A stretch of DNA of 63,355 nt, the filler included, from Olpidium bornovanus S191 (lineage: Eukaryota; Fungi; Olpidiomycota): assembly GCA_017911155.1 (NCBI GenBank). It is 25 parts of 25 records of this genome, joined end to end, with 100 filler letters (N's around TTAATTAATTAA, not from the genome) between each part and the next. Parts side by side here need not be neighbours in the genome. Positions count along the whole stretch, not along the records: positions 21,334 to 24,808 come from JAEFCI010009728.1; positions 24,909 to 27,312 come from JAEFCI010008748.1; positions 27,413 to 30,667 come from JAEFCI010001105.1; positions 30,768 to 32,747 come from JAEFCI010000318.1; positions 32,848 to 36,905 come from JAEFCI010005872.1; 20 more parts are not named here. One strand, 5' to 3'. The notes beneath the pieces are model-generated. The model searched no databases, was not told the origin of the DNA, and worked only from the letters and a program-made list of their open reading frames with translations. Below are positions 24,749 through 36,063 of this stretch, piece after piece (the stretch's first letter is position 1; each line of letters starts with the position of its first letter). The position numbers and the translations under genes are program-made.

Positions 24749-26595
24749 CGCCCGAACCAACGCACGCCTCCAACCCGCTCTCCCAGCTGGAAGAGGGAAT
24801 CTGACATGNNNNNNNNNNNNNNNNNNNNNNNNNNNNNNNNNNNNNNNNNNNNTTAATTAATTAANNNNNNNNNNNNNNNNNNNNNNNNNNNNNNNNNNNN
24901 NNNNNNNNGGCGGGCGTTGGTGAAGCGCGTTTTTTTATTTTTTTCCTTTTTTCTTCTCTTAATTCTGCGGCGTGATTGGGCGAAAGGGGGGGGGGGAATG
25001 GGGTTAATTAAGCGCGCTTTCCCCCCTCTCTTCCCCTCCCTCCCCCTTCCCCTTCGCCTTCCTCACCCTTCCCGCCCGCGTCCTTCGCCCCCCTCCTCCT
25101 TCTCCTCCTCCTCCTCCTTTTCCTCCTCCTCCTCCTCCTCCTCCTTTTCCTCCTCCTTTTCCTCCTTCTCCTCCTCCTCCTCCCCCCTTCGCCCCTTCCG
25201 CGGCGACTGCGCGTCGGGCGTGCGCATTTTGCAGGAAAACGAGAGAAAGGAAAAAAGAAAAAAAAAAAAAAAAAAACAAACGGTTCCCACTTTCCCACCC
25301 CCCTTCCCCCCCTGCCCGCACCCGGCCGGTAACCGCGACACCCCAGCGGACGCCCCGTTCTCCTTCCCCCCCCCCTCCCCCTCCCCGCGGGACATGCGCG
25401 GAAAGCTCATCGCGGTGCCCTCCGCGGCGGCGACACGGAGCAGCGGCGGACGTTTTCCCGAGGGGGCTTTTGTGCCTGCCCAGAAACGTCTGTCTGTGTG
25501 TACGACGCGCGGTCTGCTGTTCTCGGCGGCGCTCAGAGATCTCGCGCGCCGTTAACGGGACAAACCGCCAGAAAATCTTTTTTGCCTACCGCCGCGCCCA
25601 CCACCCGTGAGATGCGCAGCCGGCTGCAAAGCCGGGGCCGGAGGCGCCGGTATAGAAAGCCCTGCGCAGTACAACGGCAGCAACGCCCACCGGCCACATG
25701 CGGCATCCTCCCGGGTCGCGTCGGTACCTAGTGTTTGCGTTTCTCTGCCTTAGCGCCGCCAATTTTCACGGGGCGAAAGTGGCACTTCGCCGGCCTGCTG
25801 CTCGCAGAAAGAAAGTTTGCTGGGAGCGAATGGAGAAGCACCGCTCCTGTAGGCCGACCCCACCTCCCCGCACACTCAATACGCGCGCGGATCGTGAAGG
25901 TCGCCCGAGAGCGATTGTCGAACGTTGGCCGCGGACAGCCCCCGGCTTTGTCTGGGTCGTCGCCTCGGCTACCGCCGAGGAAACCTCGGGGCCTGTGGGA
26001 TGTACGCTTGTGTGTTGGGGGAAACCCGGCTGGGCTTGAGCGTGTTTTTTTGCGCCAGAAGAGGAACACGAAGTCGAAAAATCCCCGCGGCCGGCCGCCG
26101 CAGAACTCTCCGGTGCTTCTCTTTAGCCGGGGGCGCCGCTTCTTTTGTTGCGGTCTACAACGGCTTCATCTCGCATCTTTTGTTGCGGTCTACAGCGGCC
26201 TTCATCTCGCGCTCCGGGGAACGTCGTACGAGTCCGGCGGGGACGTCTCGCAGGACACCAACAGAGCTTCTACAAGCTGAAAGAGAACGCGCGAGGAAAG
26301 GAAAGCCGCGTTCGCCGGCGAGCTGCGCTCCTGTGAAACACGTCTACGTAGAGCTTCCTGCGCAACGTCTTCGGATGCCCGCAGAACCGGCCGAGTTTGA
26401 CATCGCATGGTGAGTGCAGTGCCTTCTAACGGCAGTTGTCGAACGTCCGGAAGTTAGCCGCGACGCGGTAGATTAGCAGACGCGGTAGATCAGCATATAC
26501 TAGTTTCGTTAGGCTCGGGTTTGTATGGGATCGGACTCGAAAGAGTGCTGTTGGACAAATTCAACTTTAGAATGTCCTGCTTGTAGGTTGTTATG

Positions 26596-27200
26596 TCAGC
26601 TTAACAGCTTCAATTTAGTGCCTTCGCTTTTGATTCCAATCGCCTCGTGGACGCGAACAGGTCTGCTCTTGCCTTTCAGCTGGTGCTGGCCGACGTCGCT
26701 CGTCTCGGTCCTATTTTGGACGAGCACGAACGTCGACTCGCTGACGAGCATCTGGTCCTCGTGGGCCAGGCCGCAGATGCGCGACGAAGGTTCTACCGTG
26801 TCGCGATGGAACGGTATACTCGAGCCGCTGGGAGGGAGCCGACGAAAACCCCGAGACGAGCGTGCGGGCGTTGCGGCCGACGCCTACGGATATCGGCTTC
26901 CTTCTCGTACCGAACGCGCTCTCCGTTCATCCGGGCGGACGGACGGCCGTTCTTGAACTTCGAGCGCCGAGGCGACGCTCCCGAATTCGGGAATCCCTGC
27001 GCCGCGGTCCGCACGGTCGTCGGCGCGTCCGCGATGGTACTTGTCGACGACGCCGTTGCGGCCGAAGACGAATCTTCACCGGCCGCTCGAAGAAGTTGTC
27101 GAGCAGGTTCGAAAGACCTCCGACGGCGTGGAGCGATCCCGAGAGGCGGGTGAAGCCCGCGTGATGTCGGCATATATATGCGACCAATCTCGCGGCTTCC
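26596..27200 (-). pseudogene. Class III nucleotidyl (probably adenylyl) cyclase catalytic domain, 5' two-thirds broken by many small indels
   Basis: Frame-hopping translation gives YADI-RG-FTRLS...LLDNFFE..VKI-VF..NGVVDKY-I-D-A...KPISVGVG...QRLEYTV..DTV-N-SSRICGLAHEDQMLVSESTF...HQLKGKSRPVRVHEAIG*. The last ~60 codons are open. Confidence 0.85.
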
Positions 27201-27414
27201 CCTCGCGGACGCCTTCTCGAGCCTTGAATCTGGCCAGGCAAACCGTTTTTTTTTCAAAGTGACGGCGTCCGCCCCCCCCCCCCCCCCCCCCCCCCGGGGG
27301 GGGTGAAAAAAANNNNNNNNNNNNNNNNNNNNNNNNNNNNNNNNNNNNNNNNNNNNTTAATTAATTAANNNNNNNNNNNNNNNNNNNNNNNNNNNNNNNN
27401 NNNNNNNNNNNNAC

Positions 27415-27585
27415 AACTTCGAAGTCGAACGAGTCGTCGGACGACGTCGACGCCAAGGACGAACCCAATACCTCGTCCGCTGGAAGGGCTACGACGCGTC
27501 CGAGGACACGTGGGAACCGGCCGAACATCTCCGTGGTGCTCGACAAGCTGTGCGCGAGTTCCTCGCGCAGAACCCGTCGTCCTAG
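27415..27585 (+). mobile_element. Chromodomain at a 5'-truncated ORF end, most likely the C-terminus of a Ty3/gypsy chromovirus Pol/integrase
   Basis: NFEVERVVGRRRRQGRTQYLVRWKGYDASEDTWEPAEHLRGARQAVREFLAQNPSS*, followed by a repetitive UTR and a G-run (PPT-like). Confidence 0.8.
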
Positions 27586-27876
27586 ACAGGACACAAAACT
27601 GTCTACTTCTCACAACCGACGTTCGTCCTAGACAGGACGTAAAACTGTCTAAGCAGAACCGACGTCCTGGATAAGACATAAAAACTTTCCACACCATCGA
27701 CCGGCGTTCTAGACAAGACGTAAAACTGCCTTCGGCGACCGACCGCGCCGAGACAGGGACCCGGGTAGGTCCTTAAAACTGCCTGCGGCTCCCCAACAAG
27801 GAGCCGTGACTGGCGACCTCGGCAGGTCGTAAAACTGCCCCAACTCGAAGCGACTTCGGCAGGTCGAAAAACTGCC
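27579..27876 (+). ncRNA. Array of 7 predicted H-type pseudoknot units in the element 3' UTR (cis-RNA structure, predicted)
   Basis: Units at 27579, 27624, 27664, 27705, 27757, 27814 and 27851 share the layout S1-S2-S1'-(T)AAAAC-S2' with compensatory changes (see finding). Confidence 0.65.
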
Positions 27877-28394
27877 TCGACCACTCAGGCGGCAACGGGG
27901 GGAGCAAACGTTTTCTGCTAGTCGGAACGCCCCCTTCCCCCCTGTGTCGTCGAACAAACGAGACTGCGGCAGAGCCCAATGGCTCCTCCCTCCTGGGCTG
28001 CCTGGAGACAGCAGGTACTCCAGGCGTCGACCGCCCGGCACTCCAGGGGTGGGAGAACGACGCGCCGCGACAAGACTTTCCGCGGGCGGAAAGTACGGGG
28101 GGTGTGCTGTAGCACTGTGCTGCAGCACGGCCCTCAAACCGCCCGTCGATCGACCTCACGCAAGGCAGGCGGCGGGCGAAGGCGGGCGCAGGGCAAAGGG
28201 CGAGAGGGCAAAGGGCGGCGGAAGAAGGGCGCAGAGCAAAGGGTGAGAGGCGGTCGAAGGGCGGAAGCGGCGGCGGGATCGAGGGGATGGCCCCCGAACC
28301 TGGTGGTCGACCAATAGAATAGACCCCCTCGAAGCCCGCCAATCGAAGAGCGCTTCCCCCCTTCCCCCCCCCCCCCCCCCCCCCCCCCCCAACC

Positions 28395-28443
<49 letters not shown>

Positions 28444-28471
28444 TTCACGCACAACCCTTTTTGCAGCGGCG

Positions 28472-30157
28472 ATGGGCCACGCGATCCCCACGCTGGAGTT
28501 TGTCAAAAGGGCGTCTTCCCGCCACTGGATCACGCTCATGATGCCGGGCCCCTTCATCGACACGCTGCTCGAGCGCGGGATCTTTCCAGGCAGAGGGCGA
28601 CCGCACGCCGGAGCGAACCGCCGGACGGACAGACGGCGTCGATTTTGTTCCGAGTCGTCTCCGCCTCGTGCGCATCGAGGGGCTGCCCCCGTTCCCCGAA
28701 GACCCGCGCGGGGCACTTGGCCTGATAATCAACAGCCTCAGGGCTTACCGGCCGGTGCTGGAGAAGCACTTTCGGAAAGCGTCGGAACAGTTCGGCTGGG
28801 GCGCGGAAGCACCTGCGGCGGGCGGCGACACGGACGACAGCGCGAAAGCCGCCGGCTGGTGGCCGACGCCCCCTACGGCTCTCGCGGCAAACTTTTTCTG
28901 CATTGACCCCCTGATCAGGGCCGCGCGCACCGTGCCTGCCCTGAAGGAGCTGCCGACGTTTACGCTCTACCCCAGTAACCGGCGGGCCATCTTCGACTTA
29001 TTCAAAGACCATCCAGACGACCCCGGTGAAGAAGAGCTTCCGGAGATGCCGGACAACGTCGCGGACCCAAAAGCCGATAAGCGCGAATTCATCGAGGGGA
29101 CCAACTTACTCAAACCGAGAAGCTTTCCGAAAGCCTTGATGCTGTTGTTCTCGATGATCTCCAGGGGCACCAAGCAGAGCAACGGCTGCCTGGTCGACAC
29201 GTTCGAGGAACTGGAGCAGGCGGCGGACAACGACTGCCCTAATTCGCTCCCGTCGTTGCCGCTGTATTGCGTGGGCCCGCTGTGCGCGTGGGACATGCGC
29301 GAAGAAGCGCAGGCGCGCGCTGGTATTTCTGCCGAGCACCAGGCCATCATGTGCTGGTTGGACGCGCAGCCGCCGCGCTCGGTCATCTACGTCGCCTTCG
29401 GGAGCATTTTCTTCCTCGAAGAGGACCAGATTTGCCAGCTCGAGGCGGCCATGTTCGCCTCCGGCCACCCGTTCCTGTGGTCGCTGCGATTAAAGAATCA
29501 GCAGCCGCTGCTGTCGCCGGAAGCTCGGTCGAACCGCAAGTTCCCGGACGCCACTTCCATAGAGGTGCCCGGGGCAAAAGGGAAATCGCCGGCGTGTTCG
29601 TCGACTGGTGCCCACACCGCGCCGTCCTCGTCCACCCCGCCATCGGCGGCTTCATCAGCCACTGCGGTACGTGCGCTCAAAACTGCGCGGAAGGCAGAGC
29701 GAAAAGAGGCCGGGGGGAAACTAACATCCCGCCGCTCAAATCTTCGCCGTGCCCCTTCCCCCCGGTCTCAAACCGCCGACGACGACAAACCGCCGCCCGG
29801 ACCTCCCCCCCCCCAAAAAAAAAAAAAAATCGCGCAGGGTGGAACAGCTCGATCGAGTCCATCGCAGCCGGCGTGCCGATGATCGCCTGGCCCCTCGGCG
29901 CCGAGCAGCACGTCAACGGCCAGTACCTGGTGGACCGCAAGCTTGCCGTGCCGATGCGCCAAACCCAGCAGTTTGGCCGCACGGTCCCCGCCGACGAGAT
30001 CACGTCCGCCGTGCGCGAGCTTTTCGAAGGTCGGCCAGGAGGGGCCGGGTCACGGACGCGCGGCGAAGTGGCTCGGGACTTGTCGGAGAAAGCGAGGCGC
30101 GCCATCGGCCCCGGAGGGCCCAGCAGGGCAAATTGGGAAAAGTTCCCTGACTTCTGA
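28472..30157 (+). CDS. Family-1 UDP-glycosyltransferase with plant-type PSPG box; first exon missing, at least one apparent frameshift
   Basis: GHAIP catalytic His; LVDTFEELE; LYCVGPL; WLDAQPPRSVIYVAFGS; PSPG WCPHRAVLVHPAIGGFISHCG|WNSSIESIAAGVPMIAWPLGAEQ (intron 29667-29837); GGPSRANWEKF. Frame shifts near 29575-29585 and 28590-28632. Confidence 0.92.
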
Positions 30158-31029
30158 ATTTTAACCCCCTTCGCGCGCCCGAACCAGCCCCCACCGGTCA
30201 GAGTAGGGGGGGGGCGGGGGGCTTGTTTCCGTTCATTTTCCCACCCGACAACCACCACCAGCTGCATTATTTCCCACACCACCAGGTCCCGTCTTTTCTA
30301 TTGGTACCACGCCCTCTCCCCCCAACCGCACCTCTTGTTAAATTATGAGACCCGTATCACGTTTTCATTTTTTTTTTCCTCGGGCGCCGGCTTTCGCGTC
30401 TGTCTTTTCTTGCCCGGGTAAAAGGAGCAGGCCGGGAACACCCTTCCATGGGTCACATCGGGGATTTTTACCCCAGCGTAGCGGGGAAAAAAGGGTAGGA
30501 GGGGGGAGGGGAAGAAGGGGGGGGGGAGAGAAAGAGAAGGGGGGGCGGGAAGGTCGCCCGCGGCGGCAAGGAGAAGCGTCCGCTGTCACGGGAATCAAAC
30601 TGGAATGGACGTATAAACTTGGCTGCCGGTATAATTCCCCAGCGTGCGAAAGCTTGACATGGGAAGCNNNNNNNNNNNNNNNNNNNNNNNNNNNNNNNNN
30701 NNNNNNNNNNNTTAATTAATTAANNNNNNNNNNNNNNNNNNNNNNNNNNNNNNNNNNNNNNNNNNNNCATGTCGTCCACCTACACTAACACCCAGATGCG
30801 TCTGCACTCCGGCTTCGTCGCCTCATCCCTGTGGCCGAGTCTGCCTCTCGGCGTTGTCGACCTGTCGTACGTGGCAATCATCGTGCCTCAGCTGGTCGTT
30901 GCGACTGAAGAAGAATGTGACCCAGAGCACGATCAACTCGTGATGCAAAGTGTCATCACGCAAAGCGCCGGCCGCTTGAGCTTTGCCTGGCCTTCCTTTT
31001 CTTCCGAAAGCGACCGCGGGCGCGCGTGT

Positions 31030-31060
<31 letters not shown>

Positions 31061-31512
31061 GGGGGGAGGTGGGTAGAGGTAGTGCAGACATTCGGTTTTG
31101 CTATCGCGGATCGAGCAAGGGCCGCAGAGAGTCTGTCTGGGAGCCCGTGCGGTCGGAAGCAGTCAATGGTTGTGCCGTTGTTTCAGGCCAGCACACGATC
31201 ATGCAGAAGCGAGAACAGGGTGGTCGTGGAGAGACGCCGAACGCTTTCTGCTCGGGTCCACGTTTCGCAAAGCCAAAAAATAGAACAAATAGAATTGCGG
31301 TGGTTTTTTTTGGCAACGAATTTTTTTTTTTTTTTTTTTTTTTTTTGCGCGCCTGGCGCCTATCCCTGGGGCTGGCTGGCCGGGAGGGCAAGTCGCCTGC
31401 GGCCCGCCGCCTCCCGTCCCTCGTCCCCGGACACGCGCACGCGCGCGCCCCCCTATCCCGCCGTTTTCGAGCAACACGTCGAAACCGAGCGACGCGCTCC
31501 TCGTCTCCGCTA

Positions 31513-31551
<39 letters not shown>

Positions 31552-31813
31552 TTCTCTCCGTTCCCTATCTTTCTCTCTCTCTCCTTCCCCCGTCCACCCC
31601 CTCCCCCTCCCTCCCGTCCCCGCTCACGCGGGCGTCTCGCTTTGATCTCCCCGCGCCCTCTCTCTCTGAAACGCGACGGCCCTCACGCCGGCGCGCCACG
31701 CGCCCGCATCCGGCTTCCCCTCCGCCCCCCCCCCGCCCACGCCCACTGTGCGCGGCCGTGGAACTATCGCGCGCGACCGTAGAAGAGAAACAAGAAAAGA
31801 GGACGAAAAAAAA

Positions 31814-32643
<830 letters not shown>

Positions 32644-32850
32644 TGTGTAAAGGACACGCTTGTTTTGAGATTCTGATGCGCGTTGTCATTTTGCTAAATA
32701 AACGTGACGCGGCCCGTTACGGACATAAAACAGGGAGACGTGGACGGNNNNNNNNNNNNNNNNNNNNNNNNNNNNNNNNNNNNNNNNNNNNTTAATTAAT
32801 TAANNNNNNNNNNNNNNNNNNNNNNNNNNNNNNNNNNNNNNNNNNNNCCC

Positions 32851-32895
<45 letters not shown>

Positions 32896-32972
32896 CGGGG
32901 GGGGGGGGGGGGGGGGGGGAAGAGAACGGGATGATGGTGATGCCGCGGAGGACGGGCGCGGAGGACGGCAAC

Positions 32973-33087
32973 GAGAGAGAAGAGAGAAGAGAAAAAAGAG
33001 AGGAGAACAGAGAGAGAACAGAGAGAGAACAGAGAGAGAGAACAGAGAGAAAGAAGAGAGAGAGAGAGGCAGAGAGAGACAGAGAGC
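32973..33087. repeat. Purine-only (GA)n/AGAGAGAAC microsatellite
   Basis: About 115 bp almost entirely A/G with repeated AGAGAGAAC units. Confidence 0.85.
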
Positions 33088-33617
33088 CGGTGTTTTTTCC
33101 CCCGGGTCAGCCCAGCGAGGGGCGGGGCGGGGGGGGGCGTCTCCCCCCCCCCCCCCCCCCCTTTGGCCCCCTCAGCCCCCCCTTTTCCCCTTTTTCCCCA
33201 CTCTCCGCCTCAAGGAAATCTCACGCACTGAAAAAAAACCCCCCCCATCAAAAAAAACCAATCAAATGAGACAAACATTTTTTGCCGCTTCCGGACATGA
33301 CGAAGAAGAAGAAGGAAAAAAAAAAAAAAGCCGCACTCCGCACCCCCCCCCCCCCCTCGCACGCACACACGCTCCCACCCACGGCACGCGCTCACCGCCC
33401 GGAGAGATACCCCCCCTTTTTTTCCCCCTCCTTTCCCCGTTCTTCCTTTCACCTCCCCCCCCTCCCCCCACCGCCGTTTCCCCCTTCACCTGTGTACACA
33501 TACTGTAACACGTCGCCGCCAGTATCATACCCCGGGTGAATGGATTCCCCCCCCCGCACCCCCGCGACGGCAGAGGCCTCCGGCATCTTTCGACCCACCC
33601 CCCCCTCCCCCCCCCCG

Positions 33618-33666
<49 letters not shown>

Positions 33667-34329
33667 ACGCACCGCCAAAAGATCACGGCTTAGACCACGC
33701 CGTTCCAGACCCAGCCTTTGATCACTTGTGTTTTGGAAACAAATCAGAATTGGCGGCCGCCAGCGTTTGTGAGGTCATCGGAGTAGGGAATCATGATGAC
33801 CCGTTCTGTAGTATCCCGCATCGCGGCACCTGGCTTCTTTTCAACACGCCCGTCACGGAAACCGCTGCGCGCCGGCGCTTCATGAAACCGTGAGCTCTTG
33901 GGCCGGCAAAAGGCCGTCAAGTTTTTGCGTTTTTTGTTTTTTCTACCGGAAATCATCCCCGAATCGCCCGCAATTGACACGCCGACCTGTCACGTCCCGT
34001 GGCTACGTCACTAAGAGAAGCGTCGGGCCGCCCGTCGCCGTCGCCGGTACCTCTTGATACCAACGGTTCAACGTTCTGCTCGATAACCCCCCTCCGATCG
34101 TCTCTGGGCTCAATACCCAATCGGCTCGACACATAACGTTCGACCCCGGCAGGCCGAAACCGAACTAAGATGACGGTTATTTAAGCCGACCATCAAAGTT
34201 CCGTCTGGAACCGGCTCGCACGTCGTCCCCCCGTGTGCCGTCATCCCGTCTACTTCGTCTCTCAGCTTTCCGCTCCTCTGATGTGCAAAGCCGCAGGCCT
34301 GCCGTCCGCTGCCGAACTTCCAGTGCGGA

Positions 34330-34947
34330 TTGACGAGCCCGCAGCATTTTCATTTCCGCATCGCCGATTTGAGCTCCAGCGATTTGGAATCGCACCCCGC
34401 ACCCGATTGCTTAAAGGAAGGCCACCGCTGTCGCAATCTTCGAACCTCACTTGGCCGACATATACGAATTGCACCCGCCTGGAATCGATCCCATCCCCTG
34501 TCGATTTCCCTGAAGCTGAGTTACATGCGGTGGTTGTCGGCAACACGGCTGCTGCAAATACCACTCATTTCCGGCACCCCAGCGGAAATTCGCATTGGCC
34601 GTTCTGACCTCTCGCTGGGCCCGCGTCACGCTCTGATTGATCTCCTTTGCAGACACTCTCATCTATTTGCGGCTCAATTCCGCGAATCCAGGGACATGTC
34701 GATCCTGTGATCGTCAATATCAACACCCAGGCTCACACCCCTGTCACCTCTGCGCGCTTCTGTGTCTCGCCTGCGTAACGTGCCGTCACCGACGAACACG
34801 TGCAGAAGATGCAGGGCACGGGGCGTCTTCGTCCCATCAAACAGCCGTTGGGCTTTGCTTGTCGTCCTCGTCCCCAAGCCTGGAGGTGGAATTTGTTTCT
34901 GCATCAATCATGACGCGTCAAATAAATTAACGAAAACTAAAATTTAG
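34330..34947 (+). mobile_element. Degenerate Ty3/gypsy pol fragment (protease-RT linker and RT N-terminus)
   Basis: SDLSLGPRHALIDLLCRHSHLFA, GHVDPVIVNINTQ..PV...VSPA*RAVTDEHVQKMQ, GVFVPSNSRWALLVVLVPKPGGGICFCINHDASNKLTK. Matches the gypsy RT start, with a stop and frameshifts. Confidence 0.85.
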
Positions 34948-34980
34948 TCGGAGGGCAACGCGCCGGAAGCGCGTGAACGC

Positions 34981-36063
34981 ATGGAAAGGACTGCAGCGCC
35001 GGAAGCGCACGGACGCCAACGAACAGAAGGAACCACTGCGCCTGAAGCGCGCGGGGTGCGTCCGAAACAGAAACCAACCGCAGGAGAAGCAGCAGCAAAG
35101 CCGCCGCCCACCTGGAAACGCGTTTTGAGGTTCTCCTCAAAGCGAAGGACGCAGAAAAAGAGGAGAGTCGTAAAATGCAGGCGCAGTTAGCGCGCAGATG
35201 ACCGCTCTCCTCAACCGCCTGGCCACGTCTACCACCGGAAGAGAAGAAGAGAGGGAGGTGGAGTCGGGCGCAGTTTCGGCCGGCACGCATGCGCGTCGGC
35301 GGATATCCCCGCGAGCCACACCCCCGAGTTCTCGTAACAGGTGCTAACGACGACATATACGGCAGTCGCTCTGTCACAACAAGTGCAAGTGCAAGTACAC
35401 CAACGTCTTCGTCGGAAATGTGGATGGTCAAACAGCTGCTCGCCGATGTACCAAAATTTGACGGGCACGGCGGCTCGGACAAACTGGAAGCCTTCGTTTT
35501 ATAATTCGATACATATGCCCAGCACGCCACCTACCTCATATCAGAGACCATGCGGCTGACGCAGGCTGTCGGGAAGCTGAACGGTCGCTCACTCGATCTC
35601 TGGGAAGCCCATGCACAGAAGTACCCTGTCGGAAACGACCAACAATGGTCAAGCTGGCCGAAATTATGCAGCGCCCTGCACAAACCCGTCTAATTATACG
35701 AAGCAAGTGTGCATTAAACTAACAAAGCTGCACTTCTCGAAATTTTCCAGCCTCGCAGCGTACACGGAGGCGTTTAATACGCTGATCATGCAGCTGCCAG
35801 ACGTCGATGATGACAACAGCGCCAGACGTCGACAACGGCTCACGAAATATAAGCAGAAATTCTTGAAGGAGATACAGGAACGGTATACTTCCCTCGCTTC
35901 CCAACCCACAACACTTACAGACATGCAAGATTACGCAGCAAAATTCCCCCACTACATCAAGTGGCCGCAGAAGCCAAGTCATGTGAATTGTCACGGCGCG
36001 CCCGCTACGGTGGCGTCAAACCCCTCAGGCTGCGTCAAGCCCCTCTCGGGGACAGCCTGCTGA
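34981..36063 (+). mobile_element. Degenerate retrotransposon gag
   Basis: Coiled-coil leader, then LADVPKFDGHGGSDKLEAFVL*FDTY...GKLNGRSLDLW...KLTKLHFSKFSSLAAYTEAFNTLIMQLP. In-frame stop and frameshift. Confidence 0.65.

Noticed and set aside
26142-26212. 35-bp tandem duplication and possible plus-strand exon ending at GTGAGT near 26410
   Set aside because: Only two imperfect copies, and no recognisable protein in any frame.
27579-27876. Repeat array as CRISPR, hammerhead ribozyme or c-di-GMP riboswitch
   Set aside because: Repeats are too divergent and spacers too short for CRISPR, there is no CUGAUGA/GAAA hammerhead core, and the likeness to GACGCAAAGC is superficial. Pseudoknot pairing explains the pattern better.
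34051-34062. TGGTATCAAGAG on the minus strand as a tRNA-Met primer-binding site
   Set aside because: It is on the opposite strand to the nearby pol/gag, is an imperfect match, and has no adjacent LTR CA end.
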